Below the pieces are notes generated by a model. The model saw only the letters and a list, made by a program, of their open reading frames with translations, was not told where the DNA came from and did no database searches. Shown one piece after another: positions 51,975 to 61,318 of a stretch of 64,000 bases of DNA (positions are counted from its first letter, which is position 1; each line of letters opens with the position of its first letter). Location of the stretch: NCBI GenBank assembly GCA_965224245.1, contig OZ245046.1, positions 2,084,148-2,148,147 of the forward strand, read 5' to 3'. The position numbers and the translations under genes were made by a program. Origin of the DNA: Candidatus Eiseniibacteriota bacterium (GTDB lineage Bacteria > Eisenbacteria > RBG-16-71-46 > CAZAMP01).

Positions 51975-52431
51975 CCGGCCGAGGCGGGTCGCCATCGGAG
52001 CCGACCATGCCGCCTATCGTTACAAGGTCTCGCTCATGGAGTGGATGAGAGAGGAGCTGGCGGGCGTGTCGGTCCTGGACTGCGGCACCCACTCCGAGGC
52101 CCCGGTCGACTACCCCGACATCGCGGCCGCGGTCGCGAACGCGGTCCGGACCGGCGAGGTGGACCGCGGCATCGTCATCGATCACGCCGGGATCGGATCC
52201 ACGATGGCCGCGAACAAGATCCGCGGGGTCCGGTGCGCGCTGTGCCACGACGAGGCGACCGTCCTCAACAGCCGCCGCCACAACGACGCGAACGTCCTGG
52301 CGCTGGGAAGCGCGGTCGTGAACGTCGGCTACGCGCGCACGCTCGTCCGCGTGTGGCTCGCCGCGCCGTTCGAGGGCGGACGGCACGCGCGGCGCGTGGA
52401 CAAGATCATGGCGCTCGAGGGCTCGTCGTGA
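51964..52431 (+). CDS. rpiB: ribose-5-phosphate isomerase B (RpiB/LacAB family)
   Basis: 'RVAIGADHAAY...VIDHAGIGSTMAANKIRGVRCAL...RRHNDANVLALG...EGGRHARRV' aligns with E. coli RpiB; GTG start. Confidence 0.85.
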   Translation: MSTDRPRRVAIGADHAAYRYKVSLMEWMREELAGVSVLDCGTHSEAPVDYPDIAAAVANAVRTGEVDRGIVIDHAGIGSTMAANKIRGVRCALCHDEATVLNSRRHNDANVLALGSAVVNVGYARTLVRVWLAAPFEGGRHARRVDKIMALEGSS

Positions 52432-53234
52432 TCGTCCCCGGCGGCAACGCCGTCCCGCCCGCGCTCCGCCGGGCCATCGAGGAGCGCGGCCCGAGCGCGA
52501 GTCCGGCGGCCGGGGGCCGTGCCCCGATCGCCTCGATCGCGTCGGTCGTCGACCACACGCTGCTCCGGGCCGACGCCTCGCAGACCCAGATCGAGACGCT
52601 CTGTGCCGAGGCGATCGAGTACGGCTTCGCGTCGGTGTGCGTGAATGCGATCTGGGTGCCGGTGGCCGCGCGCGCGCTCACCGGGTCGGACGTGAGCGTG
52701 TGCACGGTGGTCGGCTTTCCGCTGGGTGCCATGCGCTCGCCGATCAAGGCGCTCGAGGCCGAGACCGCCCGGGCACGCGGCGCGCGGGAGATCGACATGG
52801 TGGTGAACGTGGGCGAGCTGATCGGCGGCGGCGCCGACCGGGTCCGCGAGGACATCGCAACCGTCCGCCGCGTGCTGTCACCCGACGCCACGCTGAAAGT
52901 GATCCTGGAGACGGCGTTCCTCTCCGACGACCAGAAGCGACTGGGCGCCCGCGTGGCCGTCGAGGCCGGCGCGGACTTCGTGAAGACGTCCACCGGCTTC
53001 GGCCCCGGCGGAGCGACGGTGCCCGACGTGCGGCTGCTCGCCGAGACCGTGGGCGAGCGGTGCCGGGTCAAGGCCTCGGGCGGCATCCGGACGCTCGCCG
53101 CGGCGCGGGCCCTCGTCGAGGCGGGCGCGGCGCGCATCGGGGCCAGCGCCGGCGTGGCGATGGCGCGTGAGGAGCGCGGGCTCTCGACGACGACGACGAT
53201 CCCATCGGCCCCACCGCCTCACGGCGGCTACTGA
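52428..53234 (+). CDS. deoC: deoxyribose-phosphate aldolase
   Basis: GTG at 52428 overlapping the rpiB stop; 'VDHTLL', 'VVGFPLG', 'KVILET', Schiff-base lysine region 'AGADFVKTSTGF', 'KASGGIRT'. Confidence 0.85.
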   Translation: MIVPGGNAVPPALRRAIEERGPSASPAAGGRAPIASIASVVDHTLLRADASQTQIETLCAEAIEYGFASVCVNAIWVPVAARALTGSDVSVCTVVGFPLGAMRSPIKALEAETARARGAREIDMVVNVGELIGGGADRVREDIATVRRVLSPDATLKVILETAFLSDDQKRLGARVAVEAGADFVKTSTGFGPGGATVPDVRLLAETVGERCRVKASGGIRTLAAARALVEAGAARIGASAGVAMAREERGLSTTTTIPSAPPPHGGY

Positions 53235-53365
53235 GCCGGATCCGGCCTCGCTCCCGGCGGTCGCCGCGCCCGGGCCCACCCGGAAAAGGGTGGCGAACGC
53301 CCGAAGCGGAACACTAGACTCGCCCGCACGTGAACACCCGTCGACGACCCCAACGCTCCCGTGGG

Positions 53366-56269
53366 ATGCGCATGACGTTGCCGCTTCATCAGCGCCGCCG
53401 AGCCCTCCCGGGCCTCGTCGCGATCGTCCTGGTCACGCTGGCGACGCTCGTCGCGTCGACGACGACCGCCGGCCTCGCGCGCGCGGCGGACGCCCCCGCC
53501 GGTCAGACCGGCATCGTCCGGGGCACGGTCGTGGACGGCGACTCCCAGGAGCCCCTCCCCTTCGCCAGCATCATCGTCAAGGGGACCACGCGCGGCGCTC
53601 CGTCGCGCGACGACGGCTCGTTCGGCATTCGCGGCGTCGCCACCGGCAGCCAGGCGCTGCTGGTGACCTACGTCGGCTACTCGCCGATGGAGTTCCCCGT
53701 CCTCATCCATGCCGGCGAGGTGACCACGGTGCGCATCGAGCTGTCGCGGTCGGTCGGCTCGGTCGAGGAGGTCAAGGTCTTCGGAGACCGTCCCCTCGTG
53801 GACGTGCGCGAGACGTCCTCGTTGAAGACGCTCTCCACGCAGGACATCGACGACCTGACGATCGAGCCCACGCTGGAGTCGCTGCTGGGTCAGCAGGCCG
53901 GCGTGTCGGTCCAGGACGGTGAGATCCACATCCGGGGCGGACGATCCGACGAGACCGCGCTGATCGTGGACGGCGTGTCGCTGAAGGACGCCGTCTCGGG
54001 CGCGGCGGTGGCGGGCGCGCTCAGCGCCGGATCGGCGGCCGAGGTGTCGGTGGCCAAGGGCGGCTGGAGCTCCAAGCACGGTGACGCGATCAGCGGCGTC
54101 GTCGACGTGCGGGTGCGCGAGGGCACCGAGCAGTGGAAGGGCTCGGTCAGCTACACCACCGATGCGATGGTGGGCACGCAGTCGCTGCACTACGCCAATC
54201 TCCAGCTGAGCGGACCCAACGTGCTGTTGAAGCCGTTCTCGGCGCTGTTCGGCATCGACCGCTCGCAGCCGGCCACGTTCCACCTCGACCTGTCGACCGA
54301 GCTGTCGGACACGTACCTGCCCTCGGTCCGGGATCTCGGCCCGGGACGCCGGCGACTGAAGTCGTCGTACGTCAACACGCTCCTCGGGAAAGACCTCGAC
54401 TTCGGAGACTTCTTCACCCCGCGCGGCAGCAACGACTGGCGCTTGACCGCGAAGACGGGCTGGACGGTTCATCCCGCGCACAAGCTCACCGCCACGTACA
54501 TCAAGTCGCTCGGCTTCTCGAGCCAGTTCCAGGCGGTGGACATCGGGGAGGTGAACCAGAACATCACGCAGTACCCGTGGGCCTGGAGCCACCGCCTCGA
54601 CGACCACTACACGATCTCGACCGACTTCTACGCGCTGTCGCTGCAGTGGAAGCACTCGCTGGGCGACACGAAGTACCATCAGCTGCGCACCAAGTATCGC
54701 TTCTCGGCCACGCACCAGGACGTCCGCGGCCTGAACTGGGCCGACTACGAGGAGCCGTCGGACGAGATTCTCGACGACGATCACCCGTACTTCGTCGACT
54801 CCGGCACCGCGCCCCAGTACCACGACCGCTACTCCGAGCTGGCCGGCATCGACTGGGACTTCGTGTCCAACGGCGAGCACCACGACGTCGAGTTCGGGGT
54901 CAGTGCCGGCTACGAGGACGTGCAGTACTTCAGCCTCGACGCCTACAGCGTGACCCAGGACGCGCCCCTCGGTGACGAGTACGACCTCTTCCGCGTCTTC
55001 CCGGCCAAGGGCAGCTTCTACGTCGACGACAAGATCGAGTATCCCGGCATCGTCATGCGCGTGGGTGTGCGCGGCGACGTCTTCTTCCCGGGCGAACGCG
55101 TGGAGCGCCTGTTCGACGCGGCCGATCGACCGGGCTTCAACGAGGCCACGCGGGCGGAGTGGTACGACGCCACGAACGAGATCTTCGGGCGGCGCTACAA
55201 GATCCGCTTCAGTCCGAGCCTGGGGATCAGCCATCCGATCACCGATCGCAGCAACTTCTTCTTCAACTACGGTCGGTTCACGAAGTGGCCCACGTACTTC
55301 TACATGTACGCGGCCACGGGCGGCATCTCGTCGCCGGAGTTCGCCAACATCGGCAACCCCAACCTCGACCCACAGATCTCCGCGCAGTACGAGTTCGGTG
55401 TGGGGCACCGGCTCTCGGATCGGCTCTCGCTTCGCGCACAGGTCTTCTTCAAGGACATCTACGACTACCCGACGTCGGTGCCCGTGGAGCTCGGCACCCG
55501 CGAGACCCGGCGCCAGACGTTCTTCGTCTACCGCAACGCCGACTACGGGCGATCGCGTGGAATCGAGATCGAGGTGCAGCGCCGGCGCGAGCGCTACGCC
55601 TGGTACTCGGCCAGCTACTCGTTCTCGGTGGCCTCCGGCAAGTCGTCCGATCCTAATGCGCTCAACGTCGTGCAGTCGCTCGGTGGCGACGCGCGAGAGA
55701 CCGATCTCGAGGAGCAGTTCCTGTGGTGGCATCGCCCACACAAGCTGACGCTGTCGGGCGGCTATCAGGTCGACGCCGATCAGCGCGCCCCGAAGCTCTT
55801 CGGGTGGAGGCTTCCCAGGGAGTGGAAGCTGAGCTTCTTCTGGCTTCTCCAGTCCGGCGAGGCCTACACGCCGACCACCCCGCTGGGTACGCGCATCGAC
55901 AAGAGCTACTCGCGCAACGGCCCCATCGACAGCGTGTTCGATCTGAACGTGGTCAAGACGTTCCGGGTGGGCGATCGGCCCTTCCAGCTCACGTTCTCGG
56001 CCCGCAACCTTTTCAACCACCGGACGGTGCTCGAGATCGACTCGGCCACCGGAGACTCGCCGCGATCGGGGCTGGGCTCGAACTGGCGACCCGCCGAGAG
56101 CCCGCAGGAGCTCGTCGCCGTGGGCTACACGGTGCGTGAGACCGACACGCTGTACGAGGAGCTGGCCGGCTTGAACGACGCCATCGTGCGTTCGATGACC
56201 GGGCTGTTGAACCCCGCGTACATCGCCGCGCCGCGCAGCCTCCGGGTGGGCATCGGCTATGAGTGGTAG
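53366..56269 (+). CDS. TonB-dependent receptor, SusC-like (carboxypeptidase-regulatory-like domain, plug, beta-barrel)
   Basis: Signal peptide; 'GIVRGTVVDGDSQEPLPFASIIVKG...YVGYSP' CarboxypepD_reg-like; plug 'VEEVKVFGDRPLVD...IHIRGGRSDETALIVDGVSL'; barrel ending in an aromatic residue '...RVGIGYEW'; start could be 53330 (GTG), 53366 or 53372. Confidence 0.8.
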   Translation: MRMTLPLHQRRRALPGLVAIVLVTLATLVASTTTAGLARAADAPAGQTGIVRGTVVDGDSQEPLPFASIIVKGTTRGAPSRDDGSFGIRGVATGSQALLVTYVGYSPMEFPVLIHAGEVTTVRIELSRSVGSVEEVKVFGDRPLVDVRETSSLKTLSTQDIDDLTIEPTLESLLGQQAGVSVQDGEIHIRGGRSDETALIVDGVSLKDAVSGAAVAGALSAGSAAEVSVAKGGWSSKHGDAISGVVDVRVREGTEQWKGSVSYTTDAMVGTQSLHYANLQLSGPNVLLKPFSALFGIDRSQPATFHLDLSTELSDTYLPSVRDLGPGRRRLKSSYVNTLLGKDLDFGDFFTPRGSNDWRLTAKTGWTVHPAHKLTATYIKSLGFSSQFQAVDIGEVNQNITQYPWAWSHRLDDHYTISTDFYALSLQWKHSLGDTKYHQLRTKYRFSATHQDVRGLNWADYEEPSDEILDDDHPYFVDSGTAPQYHDRYSELAGIDWDFVSNGEHHDVEFGVSAGYEDVQYFSLDAYSVTQDAPLGDEYDLFRVFPAKGSFYVDDKIEYPGIVMRVGVRGDVFFPGERVERLFDAADRPGFNEATRAEWYDATNEIFGRRYKIRFSPSLGISHPITDRSNFFFNYGRFTKWPTYFYMYAATGGISSPEFANIGNPNLDPQISAQYEFGVGHRLSDRLSLRAQVFFKDIYDYPTSVPVELGTRETRRQTFFVYRNADYGRSRGIEIEVQRRRERYAWYSASYSFSVASGKSSDPNALNVVQSLGGDARETDLEEQFLWWHRPHKLTLSGGYQVDADQRAPKLFGWRLPREWKLSFFWLLQSGEAYTPTTPLGTRIDKSYSRNGPIDSVFDLNVVKTFRVGDRPFQLTFSARNLFNHRTVLEIDSATGDSPRSGLGSNWRPAESPQELVAVGYTVRETDTLYEELAGLNDAIVRSMTGLLNPAYIAAPRSLRVGIGYEW

Positions 56270-57284
56270 CGCGCACGCAGCCGCGGCGATCGGCGCTGCC
56301 CGCGCGGCCGCCGCCGCTCTCGCGGCGATGGCGGTCCTCTCGTGCCTGGCGGGCCCCGTCTCGGCCATCGGCGACCAGCGCTCGGGCACCAGCTCGGGCA
56401 CGTTCCTCAAGATCGCCGCCGATCCCCGGGGCGCCGCGATGGGCAACGCCGTGGTGGCCGACGCGCCCGGGATCACCGCGCTCGTCTGGAACCCGGCATC
56501 GCTGACCACGCTGGGCACGATGCAGCTCATGGCGTCGTACACGCGCTGGCCGGGCGAGATCGACTACTCGTACGCGGCGCTGGCCAGCTACGTCGGGCGC
56601 TTCTCCGGCACCGTGGGGCTCCAGATCGGCCACCTCGGCGTCGTCATGGAGGAGACGACCGAGGCCAATCCGACCGGGACCGGCGAGAACTTCGGCGTCC
56701 GGGACTGGTTTCTGGCGGGAACCTACGCGCGCCGGTTCACCGACCGGCTCTCGTTCGGCCTCACCGCCCGGTTGGTGCGCGAGGAGCTCGGCACCGAGAT
56801 CGGCGGTCCGTCCTCCACGAACGTGCTGTTCGACTTCGGGACGCTCTACTACATGGACTTCCTCGATCTGAAGCTGGCGTTCGCGCTCCAGCACTTCGGT
56901 CCCGAGTTTCAGCCCAGCGGTGAGTACGTCTCGGCCGCGACCGGCGCGGAGACGAGCTACGAGCCCTTCGCCCCTCCCACGACGTTCCGCCTCGGCGTTT
57001 CGGGTCCCATCCATCGCACCGAGCACACGCTGATCCGGGGCAACGTCGAGATGAACCACTTCTCGGACGCCGACGAGACGCTCCGCGTGGGCACCGAGTT
57101 CGGCTTCGACGACATGTTCTTCGTGCGCGCCGGATACGACATCGCCGCGGACGCGATGAAGTTCTCGGCTGGAGCGGGCTTCCACACGCGTTTCGGATTC
57201 AGCACCGGAGACGCGGACTACGCGTTCACCGATGCCGGCCCACTGGGAGTGGTACACCGCGTTGCGATTCGCATCGATCTGTAG
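56259..57284 (+). CDS. PorV/PorQ-like (FadL-fold) outer-membrane beta-barrel protein
   Basis: Signal peptide; N-terminal 'GTFLKIAADPRGAAMGNAVVADAPGITALVWNPASL' matches the FadL/PorV-family motif; amphipathic beta-strand pattern; start overlaps the last codons of the receptor gene. Confidence 0.5.
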   Translation: MSGSAHAAAAIGAARAAAAALAAMAVLSCLAGPVSAIGDQRSGTSSGTFLKIAADPRGAAMGNAVVADAPGITALVWNPASLTTLGTMQLMASYTRWPGEIDYSYAALASYVGRFSGTVGLQIGHLGVVMEETTEANPTGTGENFGVRDWFLAGTYARRFTDRLSFGLTARLVREELGTEIGGPSSTNVLFDFGTLYYMDFLDLKLAFALQHFGPEFQPSGEYVSAATGAETSYEPFAPPTTFRLGVSGPIHRTEHTLIRGNVEMNHFSDADETLRVGTEFGFDDMFFVRAGYDIAADAMKFSAGAGFHTRFGFSTGDADYAFTDAGPLGVVHRVAIRIDL

Positions 57285-57312
57285 ACCGGCGCACCCCGGC
57301 GCCCCTGGGCGC

Positions 57313-59274
57313 GTGGGCCGCGCCCGGAGGATCCTGGCGCTCTGGGGGACGGGTACGATCGTGATCGGTTGTGCCGAGAAGTTCGACCTGCCGCCGGTGC
57401 CCGAGCCGTTCATCCCGGTACCCGGTGCGTACAACTTCGACCACGAGTGGCGCGGCATGGGACGCGTCGTGGACATGGCGATGACGGGCGTGCAGCTGTA
57501 CGTGCTGACCGAGCGCGACGGCAGCCGCACCGTGGAGGGCTACCTGGCCACCGCGGCCGAGCCGGTCGAGCTCCCGGACTTCCTGATCGGCGACTACGCC
57601 GGCGCCCGGCGCCCGGTCGCGATTGCGCAGCAGGGCGATCACCTGTACGTGGCCGATGCACGCGGCCCCGACGCCTTGACCCTCGAACGCGAGTGCGGCG
57701 GCGACGACTGCGCGCTTCGGCTGACCGCGGGCGCCGGCGGCTCGATCCAGCACCTGGCCGGCCGCGACCTCGTCGAGCGCGTCCGACAGGACTTCCGGCT
57801 CGACATGCGCTTCCGCCTCGACGCGTTCCCCGACGGGTCGCGCGCGTGGATCACGCTGGGGACGGCACCCGGGCGGCCGGCGATCTGGCTCGAGGTGGGG
57901 CGCGATCGGTTCATCCGGCCCGTGCGCTCGGACGGCGCGTTCCCGGTGGACTCGCTGGCCTTCGGGCTCGGCGAATGGCACGACATCTCGATTCGTCACG
58001 ATTGGGCCGGAAGCACGTACGCGGTCACGATGGACGGCACGCGCTTCACGACCAACGTCCCCGTCTACTATCCGCTGGAGGACGACGCCATCGGCGCGCT
58101 GTCGATCCGGCTGACCGGCGACGGTGTCTCGGGCGCCGTGGACGACGTCGTGCTGTCGATCGACCAGAGGGCGCCGGGCGCGATCACCGATCTGACCGTC
58201 GAGCCGGTCAGCGCGGCGGCGGTGCGTCTGCGCTGGACGGCACCCGGCGACGACGGCGACACCGGCACCGTGGAGCGATACGAGATCCTGTGGGCTCGCC
58301 GCGAGGCGCTGCTCGAGGACGGCACTCCGGTACCGGGGCCCACCCCGCTGCCGGCGGGGAGCCTCCAGACGTTCGATCTCCTGGGCCTGGGAGGCGCCGA
58401 TTCGGTCTACGTGTACGTGACCGCATACGACGAGAGCGACAACGCGGGTCCCCCGTCGAACCTGGCGGTCACCGCCGTGACGTCGCCGCATCGCGTCCCG
58501 CGGGCTGCGCGAGCGGGACGGCCGGCCCGCACGCTTCCGGACACGCTCCTCGTCATCGACTTCGAGGACGTGTCGGAGCTGGACGCGTGGACTCTCGGTC
58601 CGTTCTTCACCAACGACCCGGCCCCGGCCGTCCTGCGCTACGATCTCCGCGAGGGCGGCGACCCGGAGCTCGCGATGACGAACCCCGACTGGTATCACGT
58701 GCACGGGATCGCGGTCTCCCCCACGCGCATCGTGTACGTGTCGGTGGAGACGCGCGACCCGGCCGATCCGTCCGGGGTGCTCCGGCTGGGCGAGATCCAG
58801 CGCTTCGACGCCGCGGGGCGCCCGCTCGAGCCCCTGGCCGAGAGCGGGAGCGGCGCCGGCTTCGTCTCCTCGCCGCGTGGCATCTACTTCGACAGCGAGA
58901 ACGTGCTCGTGGCCGACGCCGAGCTGAACCGCGTGCAGAAGCTGGACGCGTCCACCACCAACGAGGGTCTCGTGCAGATCCCTCCGCTCGACGTCAGCGA
59001 GGCCTGGTTCAGCGCGCCCACCGAGGTGGTCAGCGACGAGCGGCTGTTCATCTACGTCGCGGACACCGGCTCGGATCGCATCCTCCGCTTCGACCGCGAG
59101 GGTGCGTTCGCGGACACCGTGTACGCCCCGATGTACGAGCCGACCATCGGCGCCGGCGTCCTCGCGCGCCCCAGCGCGATCGAGGCCGACTCCGCCAGCG
59201 TGTGGGTGGCCGACCCGGCAAACGAGCGCATCGTCGTCCTGACGCGGGCGGGCACGATCTCGGGAGGTGGATGA
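57313..59274 (+). CDS. lipoprotein with fibronectin-III-like and NHL-repeat-like regions
   Basis: GTG at 57313 gives signal plus lipobox 'RILALWGTGTIVIGC'; 'VRLRWTAPGDDGDTGTVERYEIL' Fn3-like; repeated 'LY(V/I)AD...R(I/V)..LD' NHL-like blades; the ATG at 57232 is an alternative start. Confidence 0.6.
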   Translation: MGRARRILALWGTGTIVIGCAEKFDLPPVPEPFIPVPGAYNFDHEWRGMGRVVDMAMTGVQLYVLTERDGSRTVEGYLATAAEPVELPDFLIGDYAGARRPVAIAQQGDHLYVADARGPDALTLERECGGDDCALRLTAGAGGSIQHLAGRDLVERVRQDFRLDMRFRLDAFPDGSRAWITLGTAPGRPAIWLEVGRDRFIRPVRSDGAFPVDSLAFGLGEWHDISIRHDWAGSTYAVTMDGTRFTTNVPVYYPLEDDAIGALSIRLTGDGVSGAVDDVVLSIDQRAPGAITDLTVEPVSAAAVRLRWTAPGDDGDTGTVERYEILWARREALLEDGTPVPGPTPLPAGSLQTFDLLGLGGADSVYVYVTAYDESDNAGPPSNLAVTAVTSPHRVPRAARAGRPARTLPDTLLVIDFEDVSELDAWTLGPFFTNDPAPAVLRYDLREGGDPELAMTNPDWYHVHGIAVSPTRIVYVSVETRDPADPSGVLRLGEIQRFDAAGRPLEPLAESGSGAGFVSSPRGIYFDSENVLVADAELNRVQKLDASTTNEGLVQIPPLDVSEAWFSAPTEVVSDERLFIYVADTGSDRILRFDREGAFADTVYAPMYEPTIGAGVLARPSAIEADSASVWVADPANERIVVLTRAGTISGGG

Positions 59275-61307
59275 TGCGGCGGTGGTTCGAACGAGGGGTG
59301 TGTGCTCTCGGACGCGTGGCGATCGCCGCCGGGATGGGTGCGCTCGTCGCGGGCCCGCTCACCGAGGCGGCGGCCCAGATCACCGCGTTCGACGAACGCG
59401 TCACCACCGCCGGCAACATCGGCCTCACGGTCTCCAACTACGCCAGACAGGGGAACGACTTCCGCAACCGATCCTCGTCGTTCGAGTTTCCCGCCCGGAG
59501 CGGCGAGGAGCACATGACGCGGGGCGGAATCTGGATCGGCGGCATCGTCCTGAACGCCGCCGACGCGTCGCTGGACACCCTCGTGACCACGTCGGTCAGC
59601 GACGACTACGGCGGTGCCGAGCTGGGCTCGAGCGCCGAGTTCACGCCGGTGCGCGGCGCGGGCTGGCCTCCGGGCACGTCGATGCTCGAGCGATCCGCCC
59701 AGCCCTCGAGCGCGTTCTTCTCGCCGCAGGCCATCGCCGATCAGGAGTTCGTGGCCATCTGCGTGGACACCGTGCGCGTGGGGACCGGCGTGGATCGACA
59801 TCGCCCCCTGAACGTCAAGCTGCGCCAGGAGGCACTGGTCTGGGGCTTCAACCCGTACGACGGGATCGTGTTCATCAACTTCGAGCTGACGAACCTGAGC
59901 CGCACCCGCAACGTCTTCGACGTCTACGTGGGTCTCTACACCGAGCTGACCAGCGGCAACAAGGACGCCGCCGATCGGTGGCCGCCGCCGGGCGCGTGGT
60001 ACGGCACGAAGAACATCGCGTGGGTCGACTCGCTGCGCTATCTGGCCGAGCAGCGCGCGCCGGGGCTGTCGGGCGACCCGTACGAGGTGTCCTCCTGGTG
60101 CGGCGCTCAGATGCTGGGCATCTCCACGTCGATCCCGGGGGACGACTCCACGATCGACGACAAGACGACCACGTTCGTGTGGTGGGAGTGGCAGGACGAG
60201 ACCCCGGAGACCGATCGGGAGCGATACGAGGTCATGTCCTCGGGCGAGACCACGCCGACGCAGTTCGACGAGTTCAGCGATCTCGGCGCCGATCCGGTCT
60301 CCCTGACCTCGATCGGGCCGTTCTCCACGCTGTCCGCCAACGAGGCCGACACGGTGCGCTTCTCGATCGCGTACATCGGCGGGCTGGACGCCGAGGACCT
60401 CAACGACCGAGCGAAGATCGCGCTCGACGCGTACCGCCAGGGCTTCCGCATCCCGAAGCCGCCACCGGCCCCGGACTACCTCGTGGAGCCCGGACCGAAC
60501 GAGATCACGATCCGCTGGGACGACACGGCCGAGCGCACGCCCGACCCGCAGACGGGCCTGATCGACTTCGAGGGCTACCGGCTCTATCTGGGCCGATCGT
60601 CCGAGTCGACCGCGCTGGATCTCCTGAAGGAGGTCGACGTCGTGGACGACTACACGTACTCGCCCGACGCCACGCAGGAGGACATCCGCTTCAACACGGG
60701 GCTGGAGTCGGTCCTGTCCGACGATCCGATCATCGTCGTGGACGGCGAGGACACGCTGCGCTACGTGTACGAGTACGTGATCCGCGACCTCCGTGACGGG
60801 TTCAAGTACTGGACGTCGCTGACCGCGTTCGACAAGGGCACGCAGGAGATCGGTCCCCTGGAGAGCGGCCTGGCGCTGACCCAGCGCCTGTCGATACCGG
60901 GATCGAGCCCGGTGCCGGTCGACGACGGGTCGGGGCGCGTGTCGGTGTTTCCGAACCCGTACCGGGGATCGGCGGCCTGGGACGGCGAGCAGCTCCGCGA
61001 TCGCTATCTCTGGTTCCGCAATCTGCCCCAGCGGGCGCGCATCCGGATCTACACGCTGGGCGGGGATCTCGTGGATTCGTTCGACTTCGACGGCGACACC
61101 TACGACGCGCGGGACGTGCGCGGCATCTACGATCCGACCGACCCGCGGAACCCGGAGATCGATCTCCCCGTCATGTCCGGCGGCATGGCGGCCTGGGACC
61201 TGATCACGCGAGACGACCAGGCGATCGCCACCGGACTCTATCTGTTCAGCGTCGAGGACCTGGCGACCGGCCGCCGGGACCTCGGGAAGTTCCTGGTTCT
61301 GAAGTAG
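59271..61307 (+). CDS. secreted protein with C-terminal sorting-type domain (FlgD-Ig / T9SS-CTD-like)
   Basis: ATG overlapping the upstream stop; signal peptide 'ALGRVAIAAGMGALVAGPLTEAAAQ'; last ~110 aa 'VSVFPNPYRGS...RIRIYTLGGDLVDSFDFDG...AAWDLITRDDQAIATGLYLFSVED...GKFLVLK'. Confidence 0.6.
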   Translation: MMRRWFERGVCALGRVAIAAGMGALVAGPLTEAAAQITAFDERVTTAGNIGLTVSNYARQGNDFRNRSSSFEFPARSGEEHMTRGGIWIGGIVLNAADASLDTLVTTSVSDDYGGAELGSSAEFTPVRGAGWPPGTSMLERSAQPSSAFFSPQAIADQEFVAICVDTVRVGTGVDRHRPLNVKLRQEALVWGFNPYDGIVFINFELTNLSRTRNVFDVYVGLYTELTSGNKDAADRWPPPGAWYGTKNIAWVDSLRYLAEQRAPGLSGDPYEVSSWCGAQMLGISTSIPGDDSTIDDKTTTFVWWEWQDETPETDRERYEVMSSGETTPTQFDEFSDLGADPVSLTSIGPFSTLSANEADTVRFSIAYIGGLDAEDLNDRAKIALDAYRQGFRIPKPPPAPDYLVEPGPNEITIRWDDTAERTPDPQTGLIDFEGYRLYLGRSSESTALDLLKEVDVVDDYTYSPDATQEDIRFNTGLESVLSDDPIIVVDGEDTLRYVYEYVIRDLRDGFKYWTSLTAFDKGTQEIGPLESGLALTQRLSIPGSSPVPVDDGSGRVSVFPNPYRGSAAWDGEQLRDRYLWFRNLPQRARIRIYTLGGDLVDSFDFDGDTYDARDVRGIYDPTDPRNPEIDLPVMSGGMAAWDLITRDDQAIATGLYLFSVEDLATGRRDLGKFLVLK

Positions 61308-61318
61308 GGGTATCGCCG

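Noticed and set aside
57369-61307. 1312-aa ORF that appears to fuse two genes
   Set aside because: Its first ~635 codons are an Arg-rich alternative frame of the lipoprotein gene 57313-59274; only the part from 59271 onward (signal peptide onward) is a real gene.
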